Assembly (NCBI GenBank): GCA_018221085.1 | Contig: JAAOXZ010000079.1 | Span: forward strand, 1-37,343 | DNA: 37,343 bases | Source of the DNA: Candidatus Woesearchaeota archaeon | GTDB lineage: Archaea; Nanobdellota; Nanobdellia; Woesearchaeales; GW2011-AR9 | Direction: 5' to 3' | In this document: positions 29,394 through 37,343 of the stretch, in pieces | Layout: every line of letters starts with the position of its first letter | Numbering within the stretch: the first letter of the stretch is position 1 | Notes under the pieces: generated by a model | Database searches by the model: none | What the model was told of the DNA's origin: nothing | Seen by the model: only the letters and a program-made list of their open reading frames with translations | Program-made: the position numbers and the translations under genes

Positions 29394-29427
29394 AACCACT
29401 CAGAATAACAGACCTTAATAAAAGTTT

Positions 29428-29460
29428 AGGTTCTAACCCATCAACAAATCCGAAACTAGC
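29428..29460 (-). repeat. degenerate copy C of the 3' end of gene 31791-32621
   Basis: AGGTTCTAACCCATCAA identical to 31786-31802; minus-strand translation LLVSDLLMG*. Confidence 0.85.
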
Positions 29461-29496
29461 AAAGATTTATAAATCATACTCGGTATTTTCGATGCC

Positions 29497-30357
29497 ATGA
29501 CACAAATAACTGTAGTTACTGATCAAGATTTAGAAAGACAGAGAATATTGGGATTTAATTTAGAAAAGGAAATTGAAAATCCTCGAGACAGTGTTGATCC
29601 AGAACTCTTAAACGTCCTAGCAAATTCAGGAAATACTTCTTATTTAATTGAATTTGATGATGTTAAAGTTCTATCTAGACAATCTGAAGCGTATCCCAAC
29701 CCCACTTTAAATCATTTTGCTCTAGCTCACTATTTAAGAAAACAAGGCGTAACCTCCAAAAAAGTCATAGACTTAGGTTGTGGGGTCGGATTTCTAGGAA
29801 ACTATGGCGCTATTCGTTTAGAACCAGAAGTTATTGTATTCTCAGATTTAAATCCCAATGCCATAAACCAATCCGCTATTTCATATCAACTGAATACTGG
29901 CGTCAATTTACAATCTGCCAAAGAAGTACCTCATCAATATGGAATAGAACTCCAAACCGGAAAACAAACAGTGGATTTAAGAATAGGAAATTCCGCAGAA
30001 ACCTTACACAATTATGATGCCGAAGGTTGCATCAGCTTATGTTCTCCAATGTATTTGCCAGGTATTTGTGAAGTCTTTCCCCAAGCATTTGGATTCTTTG
30101 CCAATGTTGCTAAAAACACTGGCTCTAGATTGTATATTGGACATTCCAATCTTGCTTCAGATTTAGTAGAACAAGCAGCTGAAATGAATGGCTTACGTTT
30201 AACTTCCAAAGAAGAAAAAAGAGTTCCTTTTTTAATTGAATATACTGATGGAAGAGAACAAAGGATATGTGATGGACTTGTTTCTAAAGGATTAGAAATA
30301 GACGAGAATGGCAAAGTGTATCATAAATTAATGGTTTCTGAATTATTTCAAGAATAA
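29497..30357 (+). CDS. class I SAM-dependent methyltransferase
   Basis: VIDLGCGVG, FSDLNPNA and an SPMY motif IV-like segment. Confidence 0.85.
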   Translation: MTQITVVTDQDLERQRILGFNLEKEIENPRDSVDPELLNVLANSGNTSYLIEFDDVKVLSRQSEAYPNPTLNHFALAHYLRKQGVTSKKVIDLGCGVGFLGNYGAIRLEPEVIVFSDLNPNAINQSAISYQLNTGVNLQSAKEVPHQYGIELQTGKQTVDLRIGNSAETLHNYDAEGCISLCSPMYLPGICEVFPQAFGFFANVAKNTGSRLYIGHSNLASDLVEQAAEMNGLRLTSKEEKRVPFLIEYTDGREQRICDGLVSKGLEIDENGKVYHKLMVSELFQE

Positions 30358-30365
30358 TAATCAAC

Positions 30366-30426
30366 TTCTAACCCATCAACAAACTTGGATTAACTAGCAG
30401 AATAATAACTCTAAAGTAGTGAATGA
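30366..30426 (-). repeat. degenerate copy B of the 3' end of gene 31791-32621
   Basis: About 60 nt aligns with 31789-31846; minus-strand translation IILLVNPSLLMG* versus IVLLVNPGLLMG*. Confidence 0.9.
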
Positions 30427-30490
30427 CAAAAGATTTATAAAACAAATGTTATTATTAAGCTATATTTGTAATTCACGAAGGTAAACTAAA

Positions 30491-31771
30491 ATGAGTAAAA
30501 TAAACACGTTAACTAAAATCGTTGGCAGTACCTTACTAGCTGGAGTTCTGTTTCTTGGGGGACATAGTATTGGAGAGTATAGTGCAACAAATCATTTTAA
30601 ACCAAAAATTGAATTAAAAGAAAAACAAAATCTTGAATTAAAAAAAAAGCTTGATCTAGAGAAAGAAAGGCTTGAATCAGAAAAGGAGCAAAAAATAGAT
30701 TTAGAGAAAAATCTTGAATTAGAAAGGTTGAAAAGAATCGAATTTGAAGAGATATGGGAAGATAGTCTTTTTAACTATGCCCATTTAGGAAAGGTAGATC
30801 TTTCTAGAAAAAAAGTTACACTTGATATTTACATTGATGAAAGTGAAGAACTAGGAGTATACAAAAAAAACAAAGAGAAAATATTCAAGTATGTTTCAGA
30901 TTTCTATAAAAAAATGGGTGTAGATTTAGACATCAGATTTGTTGACACTATTGACCAATCAGCTTTAAAGCCTGCTAAATATCTTGCTATTGAAATATAC
31001 ACTGGGGAAAAATGCGCTCAAAGGGATTGTGAGCTTGAAGGAATAGAAACTTGTAGAATTAGAAAAGAGTATTCGATGGATAAGTTAATGAATATGTATA
31101 CTGCAGGTATAGCACGCATAGATCAAAATATTGCTTTAGCTTGTTACTGTATGGCGGGAAGTTTAGAAGATGCAATAGAGGACTTTTCTCTTGATGAATT
31201 GGAAAAAAGGATTGACACAGTAGAAAAGACCATAGAAAAAGGTATGGAAGAGTATAAAATGATTACAGAAGCATATAGAAAAGGAAGGATTGAATTAGAA
31301 AAATTAAATTTTGTTTTTATTGACAAATTCTTTAATTCCTTCTTCATGGAAAAGAGAAAGAAAATAGAAAAGTTAACAGAAGAGATGTTAATCATGGGTG
31401 AATTAATGAGAGACGTAGATAAAAAAAGAACTAAAAAGAGACCTTCTAATGCTGGAATCAGAAGAAAAGCTGGAACGATTATCCATGAACTTGGCCATCT
31501 TTTTGGATTATACCACAGCGATTCATTTACTAATGATCCAGTACCAGATTATCTTAGTACAAAAAGAGACACACCAAATTATATGGTATCAGTTACAAAC
31601 CCAAATTATTCTATTAGATTTCCTACTGGACATGGATTTAACGAGTTCCAAAAAAGAATGGTTCATAGTTATTTAGGTGGTGGGAAGGTATATCAACAAC
31701 TAGAAGCGGTAAATTTTGATTTTTATAAATATCTTGAACATATTAAAAAAGCGAATAATTATAGGGAGTGA
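30491..31771 (+). CDS. membrane-anchored or secreted zinc metalloprotease (metzincin)
   Basis: N-terminal TM, coiled coils, HELGHLFGLYH and a downstream NYM Met-turn. Confidence 0.88.
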   Translation: MSKINTLTKIVGSTLLAGVLFLGGHSIGEYSATNHFKPKIELKEKQNLELKKKLDLEKERLESEKEQKIDLEKNLELERLKRIEFEEIWEDSLFNYAHLGKVDLSRKKVTLDIYIDESEELGVYKKNKEKIFKYVSDFYKKMGVDLDIRFVDTIDQSALKPAKYLAIEIYTGEKCAQRDCELEGIETCRIRKEYSMDKLMNMYTAGIARIDQNIALACYCMAGSLEDAIEDFSLDELEKRIDTVEKTIEKGMEEYKMITEAYRKGRIELEKLNFVFIDKFFNSFFMEKRKKIEKLTEEMLIMGELMRDVDKKRTKKRPSNAGIRRKAGTIIHELGHLFGLYHSDSFTNDPVPDYLSTKRDTPNYMVSVTNPNYSIRFPTGHGFNEFQKRMVHSYLGGGKVYQQLEAVNFDFYKYLEHIKKANNYRE

Positions 31772-31790
31772 AAAAGAAATTTGAGAGGTT

Positions 31791-32621
31791 CTAACCCATC
31801 AATAGTCCCGGATTAACTAGTAGAACAATACCTAAAGCAACCATGATTAAACCGCCGATTAACTTAATGATCTGCATTTGTCTTTTACTGATTTGTCGAC
31901 CTTGGAAAGTGTAACCCATTACTCCAATTACCACCGCTAACGGCAGTACATATACTAAATTATACAACAACAAGTAAGCATAACTACCCAAACTATGGGA
32001 GGCATACTTTCCCGCTAACACTCCAGAATAAATTATCGGAAACCCCGCCGTACAAGGTAACTCAATCAAAGAACTAAAGGCTGCTAGGGTTACAGAAGAT
32101 AATATTAAAGCCGGCATCGAAGCAAACATAATTTTTTCTTTCATCCGCTCAATCATTCTTAATAAAGGACCTTTATGTTTCTCCTGAATCATCAAAGTAA
32201 CTCCCTTCCGGAACCAAAAGAATTCCTTGCAATTAATCAATCCAGCAATCAAGGCCAATAAAGCAATCCCAATCCGCAACGGATCGATAAAACCAATAAA
32301 CCTAAAGATATTCAACCACGCTGTCATAAATAAGAAATAAATCACAAACACCATTACCACAAAAGTATAACCCACCACATAGATTCTTTTCCGACTATGA
32401 GATGCTGAAACCAATAAACCCAACAACAATGTCAAAACAAACAAATTACAGGGATTAAAACCATCAACTAAGGCCACAATAAAAGTAAACACTGGCAAGG
32501 GTAACACCAAACCCATATTTTTCAAAAAACCAGAAGATGCCATCTTAGTTAAAAAGAAAAACACCACTATACCTGCTAAAACCAATCCAGCAATTAAAAA
32601 CCTTTTACTTCTAATTCTCAT
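31791..32621 (-). CDS. CcdA/DsbD-beta-like cytochrome c biogenesis-type membrane protein
   Basis: Multi-TM; DGFNPC and ELPCTAG cysteine motifs; YLLLYNLVYVLPL. Confidence 0.88.
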   Translation of the reverse strand: MRIRSKRFLIAGLVLAGIVVFFFLTKMASSGFLKNMGLVLPLPVFTFIVALVDGFNPCNLFVLTLLLGLLVSASHSRKRIYVVGYTFVVMVFVIYFLFMTAWLNIFRFIGFIDPLRIGIALLALIAGLINCKEFFWFRKGVTLMIQEKHKGPLLRMIERMKEKIMFASMPALILSSVTLAAFSSLIELPCTAGFPIIYSGVLAGKYASHSLGSYAYLLLYNLVYVLPLAVVIGVMGYTFQGRQISKRQMQIIKLIGGLIMVALGIVLLVNPGLLMG

Positions 32622-33043
32622 TCTAAAAATTTACTAATAATTTCAAAATATTCCTCTTTTGATTTTCCACCAACATAAACATCACAACCCACTAACATAG
32701 TTGGAGTATAATGTGGTTGGATTCTTAATTTCTTCATTTCTAAAGAATCTGCGCTCTCGGATAAATCTAAGAAAGTAATATCTACTCCCAATTCTATCCC
32801 TACATCTCTTATTAACGGAACTACCACACTACAAGCCCCACAATATTTTGATTCCAAAACAACAATCTTATCGTCCAGACTTCTTTCAGTACATAATCCA
32901 TTAGAAAGACTTCCTTCTTTATCTAAAATCACTGCCCCATCTTTCACAGTATATTCAGAAACGGGTAATTCATGGTCTTTAGCACATCCTTGTGCTAACA
33001 TTGCCACCAGTACCAAACCCACCAATAATCCTTTTTTATACAT
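32618..33043 (-). CDS. thioredoxin-fold lipoprotein
   Basis: Signal peptide ending AQGC; YCGAC active site; YTPT cis-Pro loop. ATG at 33043 preferred. Confidence 0.85.
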   Translation of the reverse strand: MYKKGLLVGLVLVAMLAQGCAKDHELPVSEYTVKDGAVILDKEGSLSNGLCTERSLDDKIVVLESKYCGACSVVVPLIRDVGIELGVDITFLDLSESADSLEMKKLRIQPHYTPTMLVGCDVYVGGKSKEEYFEIISKFLE

Positions 33044-33093
33044 ATTCTTCTCTAAAGAGAAAAACCATTTAAATATCTTTCTTTTCTTATGGT

Positions 33094-33378
33094 TCATTCT
33101 TTATTTTCTATCTTGATTGCTTTTCCTTTTACTAACGCTTCGGTTACTTTTTCCCTAGCGGACAACAATATCCGATGAAAAGTCGGTTGAGAAACATTCA
33201 TCCTTTCTGCCGCTTTTTTTTGCTCTAGATTCAGAGTATTCTTCAATCTCAATGCTTCTAACTCTTCACGGGAAATGACCACTTCCTCTAATTTTCTTAA
33301 CGGCACTCCCGCTGGTTTAAAGTAAGTTACTTCTGGATTGAAGCGTACTCTTCTTCTTAATCTAGGACGAGGCACCAT
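33094..33378 (-). CDS. DUF134 (UPF0251) HTH DNA-binding protein
   Basis: MVPRPR..RRV, YFKPAG, EELEALRL, AA.RMNVSQPTFHRIL.SAR.KV..ALV.GKAI.I. Confidence 0.95.
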   Translation of the reverse strand: MVPRPRLRRRVRFNPEVTYFKPAGVPLRKLEEVVISREELEALRLKNTLNLEQKKAAERMNVSQPTFHRILLSAREKVTEALVKGKAIKIENKE

Positions 33379-33379
33379 T

Positions 33380-33523
33380 TTATTCCGGATTCATTCTTCC
33401 AGCTCTTCGTCCTCGACCAAAGCCTCTCCCTTGAGGGCAAGGTTTAGCTCCATCACATTTTCCTCGTTGTCGACCAGTTAAGGTACCTTTACCTTCCGGT
33501 CCAGTTCCATCTCTATTTGGCAT
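33380..33523 (-). CDS. DUF5320-family small Gly/Arg-rich protein (47 aa)
   Basis: Manual translation MPNRDGTGPEGKGTLTGRQRGKC...GRGFGRGRR; GGAGGT RBS. Not in the ORF track. Confidence 0.9.
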   Translation of the reverse strand: MPNRDGTGPEGKGTLTGRQRGKCDGAKPCPQGRGFGRGRRAGRMNPE

Positions 33524-33547
33524 TTTATTTTACCTCCGTTGTTTATA

Positions 33548-33563
33548 ATGAATATATATTCAT
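33548..33563. promoter_or_regulatory. perfect 16-bp palindrome, probable operator of the DUF5320-DUF134 operon
   Basis: ATGAATATATATTCAT lies between the TATA box (about 33569-33576) and the start codon. Confidence 0.7.
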
Positions 33564-33628
33564 AACCATTTATAAACTTTTCTATCAAAATGATAACAAT
33601 TATAAACTCCCTTAAACTCCTTTTAACA

Positions 33629-34105
33629 ATGAATCATTCCATCAAAGTAGGTTTTAGTTTTGGTTTAGCCTCTGGTGTCATCACTACTTTAGGTTTAATA
33701 GTTGGTTTACATTCCAGTACCCATTCTCTTTCAGTTATTATTGGTGGTATTCTAATCATTGCCATCGCTGACGCTCTTTCCGATGCTACTGGCATTCATA
33801 TTTCAGAAGAATCAGAAAATAAACATACCACTTTAGAAATCTGGCAAGCGGCTACTGCCACTTTTTTCACTAAATTTATTTTCGCTTTAACTTTTGTCGT
33901 CCCATTATTACTATTTCAACTCACCACTGCCATTATAGTTAGTATTGCTTGGGGCCTCTCCTTACTAACTATTTTCAGTATCTACTTAGCCAAACAACAA
34001 AAAGCTAAAATTTGGAAAGTTGTCGGTGAACACTTATTCATTGCCGTAGCAGTTATCGTTATCACACATTATGTCGGACGTTGGGTTTCTTTATACTTTG
34101 GATAG
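33629..34105 (+). CDS. VIT1/CCC1-family metal transporter-like membrane protein
   Basis: FGLASGVITTLGLIVG, AIADALSDA.GIH.SEESE and GEHL motifs. ATG at 33629 preferred. Confidence 0.88.
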   Translation: MNHSIKVGFSFGLASGVITTLGLIVGLHSSTHSLSVIIGGILIIAIADALSDATGIHISEESENKHTTLEIWQAATATFFTKFIFALTFVVPLLLFQLTTAIIVSIAWGLSLLTIFSIYLAKQQKAKIWKVVGEHLFIAVAVIVITHYVGRWVSLYFG

Positions 34106-34157
34106 AACATCAAACAAAAAATTTGTATCTAAAAATTACACTTTTATTGCATATAAC

Positions 34158-34343
34158 CTAATAATCCTTATTTGCTTTATTATACAAGTTTTCTTGAACA
34201 TGTCTTCTAAGTTTTATTGCGTTCTCACTTAATATCTTTGGATCATTCACCACCATGGCCACAACGTCTCTTCTTATTATAATCCCTTCTGGATTATCCT
34301 TCTCTTTCATTCTTACTTCTGTAATTATCTCTCCGAGCCCCAT
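34158..34343 (-). CDS. small hypothetical protein
   Basis: GGAGG RBS and a TATA-like element upstream. Confidence 0.6.
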   Translation of the reverse strand: MGLGEIITEVRMKEKDNPEGIIIRRDVVAMVVNDPKILSENAIKLRRHVQENLYNKANKDY

Positions 34344-34411
34344 TTTTGTTATTCCCTCCTTATTTAATTCGTTTTAAAACAATAACAATCATAAGTATAT
34401 AAAGTTTTATC

Positions 34412-36604
34412 CTAAAAAAACCCAATAAACTTAAGGGATGCTTGAAGATCATTTGAACCATAAATTACTCCCTCGTATGTGGATTCTGTTTCTGGCAGCA
34501 GCAACGCCCGCAAATCAAATTGTATCAGAAATAAATCATTAATATTTCCTCCGGCAGAAATATTAGCTAAATGACCATAATGATTATTCTGATTAGTGTA
34601 ACCGTAACGACCTTTAAACAAAAAGTCTTCATAACCAATTATCAAATCTACTCCATGAATATTCTCTGCCAGATCACTAAAATATCCCCCACCAATAAAA
34701 AAGGAATTATCGGCACCATACGTAGTTCTCAATAATAATTCTGGACCCATCAACCGCACATTGAACAATAAGCCATCTAAATCTGAACATAACTTCCTCA
34801 AGACTCGATCATGTTTAGTTTGTTTCCCTGGTTTAGGTGAAGCTTCAATCTGTTCTACTGCCGTATGGTAATCCAGAACTTTTCTACTATCGTCAAACAA
34901 CACCACTGAAGCATCCACTGCCAAAACCATGGCCGGTTCCAACGAATGCGACAATAACCGCTCATAGTATTCATCTCCCAACGCCTGTTCTAAGGATACT
35001 TTTGCTACCACGTACGGAACATCTAAAACCATTCCCGCCCTTAACACCGAATCGGGAAACGTTTTTAGAGCTATAAATGGATTTATTGCCAATCCTTTTA
35101 CTCCTGCCGCCAAATTCAATCGCGGCATCACATCAAAAAGTTCTTTACTATCTCCCCGACTCTTTACTCGTCCGTTTTTAACCACTCGATTGTACCACTT
35201 ATAATCATCATCAAATAGTTCCAAACCAGCAGTTGCCGAATACCAAAATAAATCTTGCTGTTCTTCGGAAAAAACATAAATTAGATTTCTAGTCCTTCCT
35301 TCTCTCATGCTCTTCCACATTTCATTATATTTCCATAGCCATTCTTTACTCTCGGTTTTAAATTCAAAATTTAAAAAAATGTGTCCGGTTTCTTGACGGA
35401 TGTTTCTTTTTTCATAAACAATTCCCAGTCCGTATTTACCGCGTTCCAATACTTTAGCTATTTCAAAAGATTCTGATAGACTTTCCAACGTTTCCGTCTG
35501 CAAATCAAAAATAGCATTAAGATTAATGTCTCTCAAATGAATATCAAAATCAGAAAGTCGATATAATAACACCAATAGTGGATCAATATCAAAAAATTCA
35601 GAAATTTTCACTCCTTCCGTCAATTTTAAATCCAGATTAAAAAAAATCTTACCTCCGTAATGATTTTTTGAAGCTACCACGTGATCAAAAACCCACTCTT
35701 GGTCTCCCAATTTAACATTTTGCGTAAAAGAAACCGCCGTATCTACTTTGCCCTTGCCTTCTAAATTTAATCTGGCCGTGACATAATCATCAGAAATCTG
35801 TAATTCCATTAAATCACTTAATCCTTCAGCCAAATTAACAATATTCCTTAATGATCTATCTTTTAGAGTAATATTACTTAACAGATCTCCATCTATGATA
35901 TTCCTGATGACATCGTCACTGAAAGTGTGATCAAACAAATAATTAGTGTCTTCCAAAAATTCTTCTACTGCTTCTTCAGTGTCTCTTTTTTGTTGTTCAG
36001 TGATGTTATGGTCGTCAAAAAACCCTTCCAAATCTCCTTTGACCACACTCACTATCAACTCATATAAAAATTCTTCAGAATATTGATTGGAATAAATATC
36101 CATCAGATCATCCTTCAATTCAGTAACATTATTTAAAAAAGTATTTCCTACCCAGTCTTTTTCTGAATTGAACAGATTTATGAAACTACCTAAACTAGTC
36201 CCACCCAACCCAATATCATCCAAATAAGTGTTATCTAAATTATCTAAACTTTTGAAATATTCTAAAATCGGTGCATCCCGATAATAAAAATCATCTTCTC
36301 CCAATTTCCAGGTAAATCCCTTTCCCCCAAAATCACCATTTAAATTAAAATCAAATCCTTGGGGTAATTTATAGAATGCGGAAGCACTTCCCAAAATATC
36401 CGAACTTAGAGTAGTCCATCCCAATGGACCTGTAGAAGTGTATTTTTGCGGTTTGTCTAAATCTTCTTGTAGTTTTTTTTCTAAAGTAACTTCTACTTGT
36501 GATTTTTGTTCTCTTGGTTTGAGTTCACCGCCCTTGGAAGGAATTGCAGAACTTAAGGTTAATAACATTCCTAATGAAGCGACGGCATTCTTCCAGAAAG
36601 CCAT
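34412..36604 (-). CDS. large secreted hypothetical protein, beta-strand-rich C-terminal half
   Basis: Signal peptide; acidic helical middle; Gly/aromatic amphipathic strands; ends KFIGFF. Confidence 0.8.
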   Translation of the reverse strand: MAFWKNAVASLGMLLTLSSAIPSKGGELKPREQKSQVEVTLEKKLQEDLDKPQKYTSTGPLGWTTLSSDILGSASAFYKLPQGFDFNLNGDFGGKGFTWKLGEDDFYYRDAPILEYFKSLDNLDNTYLDDIGLGGTSLGSFINLFNSEKDWVGNTFLNNVTELKDDLMDIYSNQYSEEFLYELIVSVVKGDLEGFFDDHNITEQQKRDTEEAVEEFLEDTNYLFDHTFSDDVIRNIIDGDLLSNITLKDRSLRNIVNLAEGLSDLMELQISDDYVTARLNLEGKGKVDTAVSFTQNVKLGDQEWVFDHVVASKNHYGGKIFFNLDLKLTEGVKISEFFDIDPLLVLLYRLSDFDIHLRDINLNAIFDLQTETLESLSESFEIAKVLERGKYGLGIVYEKRNIRQETGHIFLNFEFKTESKEWLWKYNEMWKSMREGRTRNLIYVFSEEQQDLFWYSATAGLELFDDDYKWYNRVVKNGRVKSRGDSKELFDVMPRLNLAAGVKGLAINPFIALKTFPDSVLRAGMVLDVPYVVAKVSLEQALGDEYYERLLSHSLEPAMVLAVDASVVLFDDSRKVLDYHTAVEQIEASPKPGKQTKHDRVLRKLCSDLDGLLFNVRLMGPELLLRTTYGADNSFFIGGGYFSDLAENIHGVDLIIGYEDFLFKGRYGYTNQNNHYGHLANISAGGNINDLFLIQFDLRALLLPETESTYEGVIYGSNDLQASLKFIGFF

Positions 36605-36639
36605 ACTCCCAAGATAAGAAGGAGGTTTAAAAAATTTTG

Positions 36640-36942
36640 CTATGTTTTGTTTATCTTTTCTTCTAATTTACCTTCTTTTCTTTTCTGATTAGCATCGGCT
36701 GCACTACCTAAACCCAACATTCCTCCCATGATAAAACACAAATATCCTCCTGCATTATCTTGGTTGGCCTGTCGATTAATACTCTGTACTAAATACGAGT
36801 TAGAATCATTCTTTTGTTCTATCCGTGTAGCTTCTGCCCTATTCTCCCTAGCATGAGCACACTGGTGATAACCCGAATAAAGAAACAATGCACCAACTCC
36901 CATCAGCAAAACATTTGGCATATATTGTAAATATTTATTCAT
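36640..36942 (-). CDS. two-TM hypothetical protein
   Basis: GGAGG RBS before ATG 36942; two hydrophobic segments. Confidence 0.75.
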   Translation of the reverse strand: MNKYLQYMPNVLLMGVGALFLYSGYHQCAHARENRAEATRIEQKNDSNSYLVQSINRQANQDNAGGYLCFIMGGMLGLGSAADANQKRKEGKLEEKINKT

Positions 36943-36953
36943 TTTAATTCCTC

Positions 36954-37343
36954 CTATTTGCACATTTGTAACATTCCGCACATCTTACACACTTCCCCTC
37001 TGCTAGGTTCCTGACAAACTTGACAATAGTTCACTTTAGTCTTGCCTTTATATTTTTTTCTCAACTGCGGTAGTGTTTTCAAAAAAACTTGGACTATATT
37101 ATCTTTGACTTTGGGTTCTTTCTTTTCCAGTTCATCCAAAGTTTCCCGTACTCTAGCTCTGAAACTAGCTTTTCGGCAAGGACACGGAGCATATAATACT
37201 GGAAAGTTCTTAATTTGAGAATACCTTTTAATTTCAGCATTTAAACAGAAATATAGCGGTTTTATTCTGGGAACAAACTTCTTATCTCTCACCACTCCTG
37301 TTTCTGGACCTCCACCCATACCCAATTCTAAATTCCCTTTCAA
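36954..37343 (-). CDS. TtuA/Ncs6 (TIGR00269-like) tRNA 2-thiolation protein, 3' part
   Basis: VPRIKPL...E, PCPC...FRA.VR and C-terminal CxxC..(6)..CxxC zinc finger; 5' end outside the window. Confidence 0.88.
   Translation of the reverse strand: MKGNLELGMGGGPETGVVRDKKFVPRIKPLYFCLNAEIKRYSQIKNFPVLYAPCPCRKASFRARVRETLDELEKKEPKVKDNIVQVFLKTLPQLRKKYKGKTKVNYCQVCQEPSRGEVCKMCGMLQMCK

Overview
AT-rich archaeal chromosome segment. Gene content and TATA/BRE promoters point to a DPANN lineage, most likely Woesearchaeota (inference). Core genes are YchF GTPase (partial), DEAD-box helicase, proteasome beta subunit, aCPSF1/FttA, archaeal CCA-adding enzyme, NFACT-R protein, AdoMet decarboxylase, archaeal pilin, endonuclease V, SMC, GyrB, dCMP deaminase, a DUF5320-DUF134-thioredoxin-CcdA-like operon, a VIT1 transporter and TtuA (partial). 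Clusters of orphan genes lie between them. There are three intron-containing tRNA genes: Thr-TGT, Ser-TGA and a two-intron Arg-GCG. Most striking signal: the complete tRNA-Ser(TGA) gene is nested inside a second tRNA-Ser-like RNA (10299-10584). The outer copy has its own intron, a compensatorily changed acceptor stem closing across about 280 nt, and a perfect 13-bp inverted repeat clamping the inner tRNA. Second signal: three copies of the 3' end of the CcdA-like gene bracket two single-gene cassettes (29428-31846), like tandem att-site integration but with no integrase in the window. Other leads are a SelO/kinase-like gene coupled to gyrB where gyrA usually sits, tandem membrane-anchored MJ1316-like proteins, orphan proteins sharing a near-identical N-terminal module, and a secreted beta-barrel-like protein. 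All family calls come from motif recognition by eye; no searches were run.
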